DNA of 44,454 nucleotides, from contig NC_068989.1 in assembly GCF_001194135.2 (NCBI RefSeq), forward strand, positions 3,087,315-3,131,768, written 5' to 3'. Origin of the DNA: Octopus bimaculoides (Eukaryota). Made by a program: the position numbers and the translations under genes. Below the pieces are notes generated by a model. The model ran no database searches. It saw only the letters and a program-made list of their open reading frames with translations, and had not been told where the DNA came from. Positions 1-11,559 of the stretch are shown here, piece by piece (position 1 is the stretch's first letter; each line of letters begins with the position of its first letter).

Positions 1-75
1 GGGGCCTGATGCAGCCTCCTGGCTTCCCAGACCCCAGTCGAACTGTCCAACCCATGCCAGCAAGGAAAATAGACG
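1..75 (+). mobile_element. 3' end of SINE-like family B (…gtccaacccatgccagca(t)ggaaa…gacgt)
   Basis: Same sequence recurs at 17120-17187 and 36235-36295 (+), and as reverse complement at 9105-9135, 11170-11200, 16020-16060 and 31360-31395. Confidence 0.75.
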
Positions 76-127
76 TCTTGGGGAAATTTTGAACCTGGGT
101 TCTCATTCCTAAAGTATTGAAAAATAC

Positions 128-270
128 ATCGAAAAATACCTTAGGAATGAGAACCCAGGTTCAAAATTTCCCCCAAGTCACCTGATGAAGGCTGGAGGAT
201 ATATCAGCCGAAATGGTGTGTTAACAACAAACAAGATGAGGACAAATATCCGTCAAATGTAAATAATGAT
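128..270 (+). mobile_element. 5'-truncated copy of hammerhead-bearing SINE (family H), with an inverted duplicate of its own 5' part at 77-118
   Basis: catcgaaaaataccttaggaatgagaacccagg…cctgatgaaggctgg…cagccgaaa…aacaagatgaggacaaatatccgtcaaatgtaaataatg is the reverse complement of 33270-33420, and its parts match 25176-25268 and 38761-38792. Confidence 0.85.
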
Positions 271-339
271 CATGTGATGGTTGTAAACAAGCCTCACCGT
301 CATACATGTGAGGTTGTCTATTTCCAGTCTTTTGTGAAA

Positions 340-495
340 ACCATATCTAGCTATGGTGAAATATTGCCTTGCTTTGAAACAGATGAGTGTTGGTGACAGG
401 AAAGGCATTCCAGCTGTAGAAAATCTACCTCAACAAATTCTGTTTGATCCATACAAGCACAAAACAGTGAGTGTTGAATGATGATGATGATGATG
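340..495 (+). mobile_element. SINE-like family B-related fragment with (GAT)n tail
   Basis: ttggtgacaggaaaggcattccagctgtagaaaatctacc matches 30140-30185 (ttggtgacaggaagagcatccagatgtagaaaatctacc); both end in (GAT)n. Confidence 0.65.
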
Positions 496-926
496 GAGAT
501 GGTGATGATGATATATATACACATCTGTGTGTGTATGTGTGTATGTATATTATATATATGTATATATATGTTTGCATCTATACATATGAATGATAAATGT
601 AATCATAATACGTCCTATAACTATATATATGCGTGTATATTTGTGTGTATGCATGTGTGTGTGTGTGTGTGTGTGTGTGTTTGTGTGTAGATAGATCTGG
701 ATGTATGTTATATTTCACCCAGGGCCCTACCAGTGTGGGAGTTTTCCCTTATCATCTGCTCACTGGAAACCATTCTCATATTGCCACCTTTCAACGGAAT
801 CCTTTTGTCAGGCTCTGATGAACACAACTAATGCCAGAAGGGAATGTCCATAATTTGTGCACCCACGACCTGACATGCTTTATTGATTGTGTATGTGGGT
901 GTGTATGTATATGTATATATACATAC

Positions 927-970
<44 letters not shown>

Positions 971-1309
971 NNNNNNNNNNNNNNNNNNNNNNNNNNNNNN
1001 NNNNNNNNNNNNNNNNNNNNNNNNNNNNNNNNNNNNNNNNNNNNNNNNNNNNNNNNNNNNNNNNNNNNNNNNNNNNNNNNNNNNNNNNNNNNNNNNNNNN
1101 NNNNNNNNNNNNNNNNNNNNNNNNNNNNNNNNNNNNNNNNNNNNNNNNNNNNNNNNNNNNNNNNNNNNNNNNNNNNNNNNNNNNNNNNNNNNNNNNNNNN
1201 NNNNNNNNNNNNNNNNNNNNNNNNNNNNNNNNNNNNNNNNNNNNNNNNNNNNNNNNNNNNNNNNNNNNNNNNNNNNNNNNNNNNNNNNNNNNNNNNNNNN
1301 NNNNNNNNN

Positions 1310-1354
<45 letters not shown>

Positions 1355-1456
1355 TGTATGTATATATATATACATACATTTATTTACACATATTTACATA
1401 TATTACATACATATATGTATAAGATATATACATACATAAATATATGCATAAGATAA

Positions 1457-1494
<38 letters not shown>

Positions 1495-1716
1495 GTATAC
1501 ATAAATACATTCATACATACATACTTATATAGACATATATATATATAAACATATAGAGTATATATATATATATGTTTGTATGTATGTATGTATGTATGTA
1601 TGTATATAAGCTAATGCCAATGATGTATGTGTAGACAGGCGTGTATAATGTGACACGTGTTTATGTGTAGGAGTATATACATATGTGAAAGCCAGTGTCT
1701 GCTTTTGTGTGCACAC

Positions 1717-1797
<81 letters not shown>

Positions 1798-2410
1798 TAA
1801 ATATATCTTTTAGTTAACCACCTCTGCACATCAGGTGTCTGTGTGTATGTGTGTGTGTCTGTGTGTCTGTGTGTCTGTGTGTGTCTGTGTGTATGTGCAA
1901 CCATGGAATGTGGTAGGATTGTTTAACAAAGTCACCTTGATAAGCTTCCTTCCAGTTCTCCTATTTTACTGCCACCACCACCACCACCACCACCACCACT
2001 ACTACTGCTACTATTACTAAACTCAGCATCATCATCACCATCTTCAGTAGCAGTAGCAACAGCATTATCAGCAGTGGCATTATAATCACTACTACTACTA
2101 CTACTACTACTACTATAGCCAACACTATTGTAACTACTGCCACTCCAACTACCACCCACCACCACTACCACCAGCACCTTTACCACTAATATCATTAACC
2201 ATTACTCTACAGCTTTCGATACATTAACAATACCACCACCAGCATCACTGAGACCATCAGCAGCATCATCACAATGATCATCATCAACATCATCAATCTA
2301 CTTCACCATCATTATCATCATCAACATCATTATTGCTATGACTATTATAAACAACACCAGCAGCAGCACTACGACAGCCACCCCCACCACCCCTCCCCCT
2401 CCCCCATTNN
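478..2410. repeat. Compound microsatellite field: (AT)n, (GT)n/(CA)n, (CAC)n/(TAC)n/(CAT)n, with N-gap 971-1309
   Basis: Directly visible. The overlapping YIYI/CVCV/HHHH ORFs are repeat translations. Confidence 0.95.
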
Positions 2411-3454
2411 NNNNNNNNNNNNNNNNNNNNNNNNNNNNNNNNNNNNNNNNNNNNNNNNNNNNNNNNNNNNNNNNNNNNNNNNNNNNNNNNNNNNNNNNNN
2501 NNNNNNNNNNNNNNNNNNNNNNNNNNNNNNNNNNNNNNNNNNNNNNNNNNNNNNNNNNNNNNNNNNNNNNNNNNNNNNNNNNNNNNNNNNNNNNNNNNNN
2601 NNNNNNNNNNNNNNNNNNNNNNNNNNNNNNNNNNNNNNNNNNNNNNNNNNNNNNNNNNNNNNNNNNNNNNNNNNNNNNNNNNNNNNNNNNNNNNNNNNNN
2701 NNNNNNNNNNNNNNNNNNNNNNNNNNNNNNNNNNNNNNNNNNNNNNNNNNNNNNNNNNNNNNNNNNNGGCAGAAACGTCTTTGGTCAAGGGGCCGTCAGT
2801 GGGACGAGACCAGATGTGTGAAGGGAGGGAGGGGGGTAAATATCGTCAACATCATCATTATCATCGTTATGGTCCAGCATTATTGACATCATCATCATCA
2901 CCAACATCATCAACATCATTATTGTCATCATTACATTAAATATCATCATCATCATAATCATCATTGTACTCCTCCTCACCACCACCATCAACACCACCAC
3001 CACCACCACCATACCTAAAACAGACCTTGAGACAACAAAAGAACTTCTGTGCAGTGACTAAACCTGCTAGAAATGGCAGCCAAGTCCACCTCAAATAACA
3101 TCCCTGTTGTCTTAAAGATAATGGACACATTAGGTAATGTAACTGTGGGTAACCTCAAGATGGGATGGTCATAGGTGGAATGTCTTTGATCAAAGGTTTG
3201 CCTGGATAGGGTTGATTTAAAGTGAAACAACAACAATAAAACTGCAAATAAAGGGGCAATTATGTGATTGTTTGCCTTGCTAGAAATAGCAACCAAACTA
3301 TACCTCAAATCGCACCTTAATGTTTATAAAAGAGAAGGACACATTGGATCATGTAGTCCTGAATATTGTCTGAGAATAAGACAGGTTGGTCATGGGTGGA
3401 ATGCTTTAATCATTCGTCTATTTAAACAGAGCTGACCTGGAACTAAACAACACT

Positions 3455-3656
3455 TTCATCATCAGGTAGGCCGCATGGAGCATGGTTCATCAGGTGGGCC
3501 ACATGAGGCATAGTCCACCATCAAGTGGGCTGTATGGGGCATGGTTCATCAAGTGGGCTACAAGGGGCATGGTTCATCGTCAGGTGGGCCACATGGGGCA
3601 TGGTTCATCATCAGGTGGGCTACATGGGGCATGGATCATCATCAGGTGAGCCACAC
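3455..3656. repeat. Minisatellite, 28/31-bp unit (ttcat[cat]caggtgggc[c/t]acatggggcatgg), ~6.7 copies
   Basis: Units read directly: 31, 28, 31, 28, 31, 31, partial. Confidence 0.9.
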
Positions 3657-5438
3657 TACTTAAAAGATACAAGGTAATGTTTGGTTAGGTGTACCATTCA
3701 GAAAGTTCTGCAAACTGCAGTTTGCTCATGACTGCTCTAAATGGTCACTCAAACTGCTAGAAATAGCAGCCGTATGGCCTTTATATTTATACCCTACCAA
3801 CTTGAAGAAGGAAACTTTGAAAGGGGTCATAAATATGAAAATAGAATAGGGAAAAATAAAAAAAGCAGGATGGCCATAACTGGAAGAAATATCTTTGGTC
3901 CATAACAATGTTTGACCAGAGTTTACCTGAAGCTAAAAAACAACAACAACAACAACAATGACAACCCATCATCATCATCATCAATACCAACGAAACAATC
4001 AACTCCATCAAACCAAAAAAAGTTAGCCTCTGCATGGACAGTTGACTTGCTAAAAATAGCAGCAAAATCTTCCCCAAATCACATCTTACTTTTGAAGAAT
4101 ATGGTATTTGTTTAGAATGCCTGAGGAAAATATGAAATGAGCTTTGAATGCATTTGAAATATGAATCTACTCAATCATGGCTTGGCTGGGGCTAAACAAG
4201 AAATAACACCAACAATAACAACCACCATAATCACACTCCAGCCACCCCAATCATGACCACCCCACCACTACTATCTAGTGGCCAATGAGGAAGCCTCTAT
4301 GTGGTCACTCAATTTACTAGAAATGATAGTCAAATCTCCCTCAAATCCCACCTTTATTGTTTTAGAAAAAGGACACCTTTGATAAGATTGCCCTGGGTTC
4401 ACTGTGTGTAGATAAAAGCCAGGACTGTCATGGCTAGAGGGCCTTTGATCATAGATCTACTCAATCAAGGCTTACCTGGGGCTACGCAACGACAGTCACT
4501 ATACCACCGCCACAACCACTGACCTACCACTATCTGATACTACATCCAACACAACGATTCTAACTTGCATCTAACACTGCCATATACCACCACCACCACC
4601 ACCACAACCACCATCACCACTACCGCTGCTGCCGCCACCACCATTATCATTATGTGGTCAATAGATTTGCTAGAAATAGCAGTCAAATTCCCTCAAGTAT
4701 ATCTCGGTGTCTTTAAAAAAAATGTTGATACATTAGACACTGTAGTTCCTCATATACTAAAAGATGGGATAGTCACGAGTGGAAAGGCTTTGATCATAAG
4801 TCTACTCAACCTGGCCAAACCTGGTGTTAAACAATAGTCATCACCACCACCACCACCATCTTATCACATCACGGTTACAACTACCACAATCGCTGGCTGC
4901 ACCGGCAGCACCGTTGTGTCTGCTGCCACAGCAGATTGTGCAGTGTGCGTAGGCAGAGAATTCCTACTGCATCGCAGCAGATCTGCATTGATACAGAGAA
5001 GAGGAAGGTGTAAGTAAAACTGCACTCGATGGAAATTCCTGCAGCCCTTCCACCCCACCCCCCGTCTCACAGACATCGGCTCTCAGTGGAATCGACAAGA
5101 CAATCGTCATGTGATTGCTGAGTTGTTAGAAAGAACAGCTAACTCTCCCTCAATCACACCTTATAGGCTTTAAAAGAACAAAAACAAAGAAAAAAAAAGA
5201 CACTTGGTAGACACATTGGTTAAATGCTATCCTGATGTCACACTTTTCAAAGATGTTGTCATGGTTGGATTGTGTTATATCAGGGTGGACTTGGGGCTAA
5301 ACAACAGTAACAAAATTAAATCGATTTATGAGAAAGCCTCTACATGGTTGCTTGACCCAGTAGAAACAGTAGCTAAATTCCCTCAAATCACTTCCACCTC
5401 TGTTGAAAATGAGAAACTCTGGTTAATGTATCAGACAC

Positions 5439-5917
5439 AGGCATGGCTGTGTGGCAAAGGGCTTGCTTCTCAACCACATGGTTCTGGGTTCAGTCCCACT
5501 GTGTGGCCCCTTGAGCAAGTGTCTTCTACTATAGCCATGGGTCGATCAAAACCTTGTGAGTGATTCTTGTAAATGGAAACTGAAAGAAGCCTGTCATATA
5601 CATGTGTGTGTGTATGTGTGTGTATGTGTGTGTATGTGTATGTGTATATGTGTGTATGTATGTGTGTGTGTATATGTATGTGTGTATGTTTGTGTGTGTA
5701 TTGATGTGTGTGTGTTTGATCACCACTACCACCACCACCACCACTTGACAGTGTTGGTTTGATTACATCCCTGTAACTTAGTGGTTCGGCAAAAGAGACT
5801 GATAAAATAAATGCCTAACTTAGCAAAAAAAAAGTCCTGAAGCTGATCCGTTCAACTAAAACCCTTCAAGGCGGTGCCCCAGCATGGCCACAGTCTAATA
5901 ACTGAAACAAGTAAAAG
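5439..5917 (+). mobile_element. Near full-length SINE (family F): tRNA-like head, internal (TG)n, tail ending actgaaacaagtaaaa
   Basis: Head (ggcatggctgtgtgg…gggttcagtccc) recurs at 29740-29900 and, degenerate, at 8770-8915. Tail recurs as reverse complement at 15050-15240, 20940-21150, 22975-23090 and 39430-39600. Confidence 0.75.
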
Positions 5918-7040
5918 GTAGGACGTAGTCCTGGTTACACTATGTTTGAAATAAAAGTCAGGATGGCCATGGTAGGAATAATTTTGATCATTGATTTGTT
6001 TGATCAGGGATGATCTGGGTTTAAACAATCACAGCAACAAAATTGTAAGTCAATCTCAAAGAAAGCTTTCCGGAATGCTAGAAATAACAGCCAAATCTTC
6101 CTTGATCCACATATTAAGAGAAAAGAATCATATTTTGGATAATGTAATTGTGAGAAAACAAACTGTTGAGATGGTCACAGCTGGAGAGTCCTTTATCATA
6201 AGACTGTTCAATAAGAGGTGATTTGGGAATAAACAAAGGCAAAATTTAAAGAGGCCAGAGGGTGGTGGTGGTGGTGATGGTGGTGGTGGTGATGGCGGTG
6301 GTGGTGATGGCGGTGGTGAGGAAGAGTAGCTGAGAAATTTGGATGAATGGGGAATAGGGGGAGGGTGGGTGGATGTTAAATGATGNNNNNNNNNNNNNNN
6401 NNNNNNNNNNNNNNNNNNNNNNNNNNNNNNNNNNNNNNNNNNNNNNNNNNNNNNNNNNNNNNNNNNNNNNNNNNNNNNNNNNNNNNNNNNNNNNNNNNNN
6501 NNNNNNNNNNNNNNNNNNNNNNNNNNNNNNNNNNNNNNNNNNNNNNNNNNNNNNNNNNNNNNNNNNNNNNNNNNNNNNNNNNNNNNNNNNNNNNNNNNNN
6601 NNNNNNNNNNNNNNNNNNNNNNNNNNNNNNNNNNNNNNNNNNNNNNNNNNNNNNNTATATATAACATATCTATATGTATACAGTACATGTATATATATAT
6701 ATGTGTATAGAGTATACATACACACACACATACACACAGATGTACATACACACACATGTGCACACGCACACATATCCACATATACAGTCAACAGCCACAT
6801 ATGCCATTCACATTTAACAGGTACAGCTAGAAACCTTTCCCTACCTGTATGATACACTAAATTTCCAATCTAAGAAAATAGCTTTCATCTCATTAAAAGA
6901 CCATAAAAAACAGTTTTATTATCAACACATCCCCCCACCCCACAATATAAGTTAGGTTAATTAACTTAACGAAAAGTGAGGTGGGGGTGGCAAGGTTGGA
7001 CAGGCCGAGAGGTGGTGATGAATTTACCTGTCTAAAATCT

Positions 7041-7340
7041 GGCACTTCATCGGTTACGACAATGAAGGTTCTGGTTGATCTAGTCAATGGAACAGCCCAT
7101 TAGTTAAATTAACAGGTAAGTGGCTGAGTACTCCACAGATATGCATACCCTTAACATAGTTATCAGTGACATTCAGCGTAACACAGAAGGCTAGTTTTTT
7201 GAATTACAGCTACAACTCATTTCGCCAGCTAACCCTAACCCTAACTCTTGTTCAAGGGCACAATGTGTCCCTGGGTATTGAACTCATGACCCTGCAATTG
7301 TCAGCTGAACGCCTTAACCACTGAGCCACATACCTTTACA
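7041..7340 (-). mobile_element. tRNA-derived SINE (family A), minus copy
   Basis: Reverse complement has an A/B-box-like head (tggctcagtggttaagg…gagttcaatacc) and a body matching 7429-7752. Confidence 0.75.
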
Positions 7341-7428
7341 TGAGAAATTTGCCAATGGTGTGATAAAATAAAACAAACTTTTAATATGAAATCCCAGAAC
7401 CCTTCCATGAGGCTCCATATGGTCACAT

Positions 7429-7752
7429 GTGAAGGTGTGTGGCTTAGGGGTTAGGGCATTCAGCTCAGAATTGTAAGGTCGTGAGTTCAATTCCTGGTGA
7501 TGTGTCGTGTCCTTGAGCAAGACACTTTATTTCACATTGCTCCAGTTAACTCAGCTGGCAAAAATGAATTGTACCTGTATTTCAAAGGTGACCAGCCTTG
7601 TCACACTCTGTGTCACACTGAATCTCCTTGAGAACTATGTTAAGGGTACATATGTATGTGGAGTTCGCAGCCACTTGCACGTTAATTTCACGGGCAAGCT
7701 GTTCCGTTGATTGTATCAGCTGGGACCCTCATCGTCGTAACCAACGGAGTGC
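7429..7752 (+). mobile_element. tRNA-derived SINE (family A), plus copy
   Basis: Head gtggcttaggggttaggg…gagttcaattcc. Body (cagccacttgcacgttaatttcac…gtcgtaacc..cggagtgc) is shared with 13315-13664 and 28207-28412. Confidence 0.8.
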
Positions 7753-9099
7753 TCCTATATGGCCACATGGACTCCAAGAAGTAGTAGCCAAATCTGCCTC
7801 AAAGATGTTACATTTGCTTGATCAGGTTTGATATGGAGTTAAACCATCAAAGTAACAGTGAGTTTTACACTGGCCGAAGGACATTGGGCCAGACTGGAGC
7901 CTCATCGAGGGGAAATGTTGGTATCTCACTCAGGGCTTGAGACGATAATGTCCAAGGGTTCATGATCATGGCAGAGGATCTTTTACTTGTTTCAGTAATT
8001 AGACTGTGGCCATACTGGGGCACAACCTCGACACCACCACCACCACCACTACCAACAACAACAACAACAGCAGCAACAACACCATCATAGGTCAAGCAAG
8101 AATTGCCTAAAAGACATCCTTGTTGGCTCAAGACTTTTGAGAAGCTTGATTTGTTTGTGGTAATGATTGTGGTGGTGGTGGTGGCAGTGGTGGTTTATTG
8201 TGGTTGGTAGCAACACAAGGCCTTGGCCTGGTTGCAATTAGTGAAAGGCATGACCCCTCCTCGTGCACGTGTTCCCATATTCTCCATCCTTAAACTCACA
8301 GATTCCAAGTCTCCCAAGATGGAATTTGGTTAAAAGGCCCTCATTGGCCATATTTACTTTACTCTGTGGGTGCGGAGGAGTTCACAGGTTGACACCCTGG
8401 TCATTAGCCTCTTCTCCCACCACCACCACCAATCAGGAAATATACAAGATGATAATGATGGGGGCGGGGGTGGAGTGTAACTTTTATGGCAGGTTGTTTC
8501 GTGAGGAGGAGGAAGAGGAGGTCTTGATGTCACACCTTATTGTTTGATAGCCAGGGTTGAGATGAGGGGTGGCGGTGGCAGAAGTGGTTGCAGCAATGAT
8601 GGTGGTGGTGGCGGCGGCAGTGGTGGTGGTGGTGGTGGTGGTGGTCTGCATAACAGCAATTAATTTTGAGAGGATGTCAAGATTGTTTGAACAACTCTGG
8701 AAGAAGTGAAGAAAGAGAACCAAGTGTAGTGGTGGGGCTGTGGGTGGGGGAACCCAGGAGTAACAGAATGGTTAAGAGGTCTTGTTTCATAACCATGTTG
8801 TCCTGCACGGTTTGGCAACAGTGTGCAGTATTTTGGGGCAAATGTCTTTAGATGTGGCCCCTGATAGAGCCAAGCCTTGTGAGCGAAATTGGAGAGATGA
8901 AAACTGTAAGGAAGCCCATTGATAAGAATGTGTTTTTGAGTGTTGGATTTAACCCACTGCTCTGTTTAGCGCTACAGCTTGGTCTTCTGGTGCCTTTAGT
9001 AGAGTCTGCGAATCTGCTCTGTTGCAAGAATTCAAACCAGGTTACCAGGCAGAGGAAACCCAGATTGTCCTTCTTCTATCCTGTCAGCATCATCATTTA

Positions 9100-9290
9100 A
9101 CAGCTATTTTCCATGCTGGCATGGGTTGGACAGTTTGACAGGAGATGGCGAGGGTGGAGAGCTGCACCAGACTCCATTGTCTGTTCTGGCATGGTTTCTA
9201 CAGTTGGAAGTCCTTCCTAATGCCAACCACTTTACAGAGTGGACTGCATGCTTTTGACATGGTCCCCAACACCAGTGTTTTTTATGTGGC
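9100..9290 (-). mobile_element. SINE-like family B, minus copy
   Basis: tttccatgctggcatgggttggacag…ctgcaccag.ctcc…ttcctaatgccaaccactttacagagt; homologous to 11160-11340, 13065-13250, 16015-16150 and 31360-31610. Confidence 0.8.
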
Positions 9291-9424
9291 ACCATCACTA
9301 ACAGGGTTCCTCAAGTATCTTGCGAAACAAACTTTGGCCATATGTAAGCAAGTATTGTCTCAAGTTCCAGGGCTGATAGGACCAGTTAACCAGCTTTCAT
9401 GGCATATAAGATCACGACAATCCT

Positions 9425-9600
9425 CCTGGATGGGAAGCCAGTCCATTGCAGGTTTACTCATTTAGTGTTGAATGAACTGGAGCAAAGAGAAACGAAGTGT
9501 TTTGCTCAAGAACACAATGCACCCTCTGGCCTGGGAATTGAAACCATTATCTTGCAATCGTGAGTACAATACTCTACCCACTTGACCATGCACCTTCACA
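9425..9600 (-). mobile_element. tRNA-derived SINE homologous to 35750-36035
   Basis: ccattgcagg.ttactc…gaactggagcaa…tgctcaagaacacaatgc…tgggaattgaaacc is the reverse complement of the 35750-35920 segment. Confidence 0.7.
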
Positions 9601-10398
9601 TCAATCTTGGAGGCCTTCCAAAAACATAGCGGGCGCAGAATATCCTCTTCAGACTAAGCCACACACACACATGCACGTGCGCATACACACAAAAAAAAAA
9701 AACAAGCGAGTGGTGTGGGGGCAGGATTTAAAGAAACAAAAAATTATTTTATGATGAATATAAACAGTAATAANNNNNNNNNNNNNNNNNNNNNNNNNNN
9801 NNNNNNNNNNNNNNNNNNNNNNNNNNNNNNNNNNNNNNNNNNNNNNNNNNNNNNNNNNNNNNNNNNNNNNNNNNNNNNNNNNNNNNNNNNNNNNNNNNNN
9901 NNNNNNNNNNNNNNNNNNNNNNNNNNNNNNNNNNNNNNNNNNNNNNNNNNNNNNNNNNNNNNNNNNNNNNNNNNNNNNNNNNNNNNNNNNNNNNNNNNNN
10001 NNNNNNNNNNNNNNNNNNNNNNNNNNNNNNNNNNNNNNNNNNNNNNNNNNNNNNNNNNNNNNNNNNNNNNNNNNNNNNNNNNNNNNNNNNNNNNNNNNNN
10101 NNNNNNNNNNNNNNNNNNNNNNNNNNNNNNNNNNNNNNNNNNNNNNNNNNNNNNNNNNNNNNNNNNNNNNNNNNNNNNNNNNNNNNNNNNNNNNNNNNNN
10201 NNNNNNNNNNNNNNNNNNNNNNNNNNNNNNNNNNNNNNNNNNNNNNNNNNNNNNNNNNNNNNNNNNNNNNNNNNNNNNNNNNNNNNNNNNNNNNNNNNNN
10301 NNNNNNNNNNNNNNNNNNNNNNNNNNNNNNNNNNNNNNNNNNNNNNNNNNNNNNNNNNNNNNNNNNNNNNNNNNNNNNNNNNNNNNNNNNNNNNNNNN

Positions 10399-10672
10399 NG
10401 TGGTGGTGCTGGTGATAGTTATTTATGGTGTTGGTGGTGGTGATGGTTGTGGTGGTGGTGATGGTTGTGGTGGTGGTGATGGTGGTTGTGGTGGTGGTGG
10501 TGGTAGTAGTGCTGGTGATAGTCATGGTGATGGTGGTGGTGATGGTTGTAGTGATAGTGATGGTTGTGGTGGTGGTGCTGGTGATGGTTATGGTGGTGGT
10601 GATGATTGTGGTGTTGGTGATGGTTGTGGTGGTAGTGATGGTGATAGTTTTGGTTATGGTGGTGGTGGCAGT
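10399..10672. repeat. (GGT/GAT)n low-complexity tract
   Basis: Directly visible; open in several frames on both strands. Confidence 0.95.
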
Positions 10673-11359
10673 TAAGTATTTTGATATTAGTTGAAGACCA
10701 CCAGCTTTCTCTATCACGCACAAAACCGTTTTAAAGCGCTCAACTTTAAACATTCTGTCTTCGTAATTCTCTGTCGGAATGTTTTGTTATGTTCCAAATG
10801 CCAAATTAATGAAGGAGAAGTCAACGTTACATTTATTAAACTTCACCATGATTGTTGATTGTTTTAAATCTTAAGCAAGACATATGGCTAATGTATTCCA
10901 GGAGAAATACCATCTTTGAGACGTGGTGGTTCTGATAAGACATCCACTGTGTTCATAGAAGATGGAAATATTACAGTAACAATAAAGACAGATACCAGCT
11001 CCGAGAATAGAGCAGAGATTCATAGAATGTGTGTGTGTGTGCGTGTGTGTGTGTGTGTGTGCGTGTGTGTGTGAATTAGAGAACTTTCCTCCTCCTCCTC
11101 ATCATCACTATCCTCTGACCCCCCCCCCGCCACTAGCCACTACTGTCGTCGTCATTGTCATTTAATGTCAACCTTCCTTGCTGGCATGGGTCAGACAGTT
11201 TGACAAGATCTGGTAAGGCTGGGAGCCGTACCAGGCTCTACTGTGAGTTTTGGCATGGTTTCTACAGCCAGGTGCCCTTCCTAACACAAACCACTTTACA
11301 GCAGAATGTGCTGGGTACTTTTTACATGGTCCCATCACCAACATGCCTCAAAAAGATCG

Positions 11360-11535
11360 GTGCAAGGGTGAAGGTAGAACACCTACAGAAATCTTCCTTT
11401 CTTGGAACTACAAGAATTCTTGGCAGGGCTCTTGAAGCATGATCAATAAACAAGTGTCACCTTAGTCTGTTGGCTGTGGGCACCTGACACTTTCCATCAT
11501 ACCCAGCAAAATAAGCTGACAGTTTTCATCAACTA
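11360..11535 (+). mobile_element. 3' end of an R4/Dong-clade non-LTR retrotransposon
   Basis: Translates GARVKVEHLQKSSFLGTTRILGRALEA*, parallel to GAAIRVEHLQKTALLGT at 25743-25800 (-). Followed by a 3' UTR and (AAT)n. Confidence 0.8.
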
Positions 11536-11559
11536 ATAATAATAACAACGATGATAATA

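Larger units (their letters stand above)
3047..7850 (+). mobile_element. Cluster of ~11 diverged, co-oriented copies or fragments of a ~200-bp interspersed repeat (family X: …tggtcact…tgctagaaatagcagccaaatctccctcaaatc…ggtcatggctggaatgcctttgatc…ggggctaaacaacaac)
   Basis: Copies at ~3047-3235, 3261-3453, 3741-3772, 4026-4200, 4290-4490, 4650-4835, 5108-5305, 5335-5400, 5925-6030, 6070-6235 and 7757-7850. Dispersed copies occur elsewhere: + 12440, 17550, 23495, 28810, 40765; - 24905, 27475, 28460, 32325, 33720, 43100. Confidence 0.8.

Noticed and set aside
715-810. Possible minus-strand exon (EPDKRIPLKGGNMRMVSSEQMIRENSHT)
   Set aside because: Weak splice signals, short frame, no homology.
6951-6970. 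20-bp near-perfect palindrome gttaggttaattaacttaac
   Set aside because: Short and AT-rich; plausible by chance.
7112-7122. CAG|GTAAGT donor (also GTAAGT at ~29817 and ~29939)
   Set aside because: Inside SINE or microsatellite sequence, with no supporting acceptor.
7228-7246. Interstitial telomere repeat (CTAACC)x~3
   Set aside because: Too short and embedded in a SINE.
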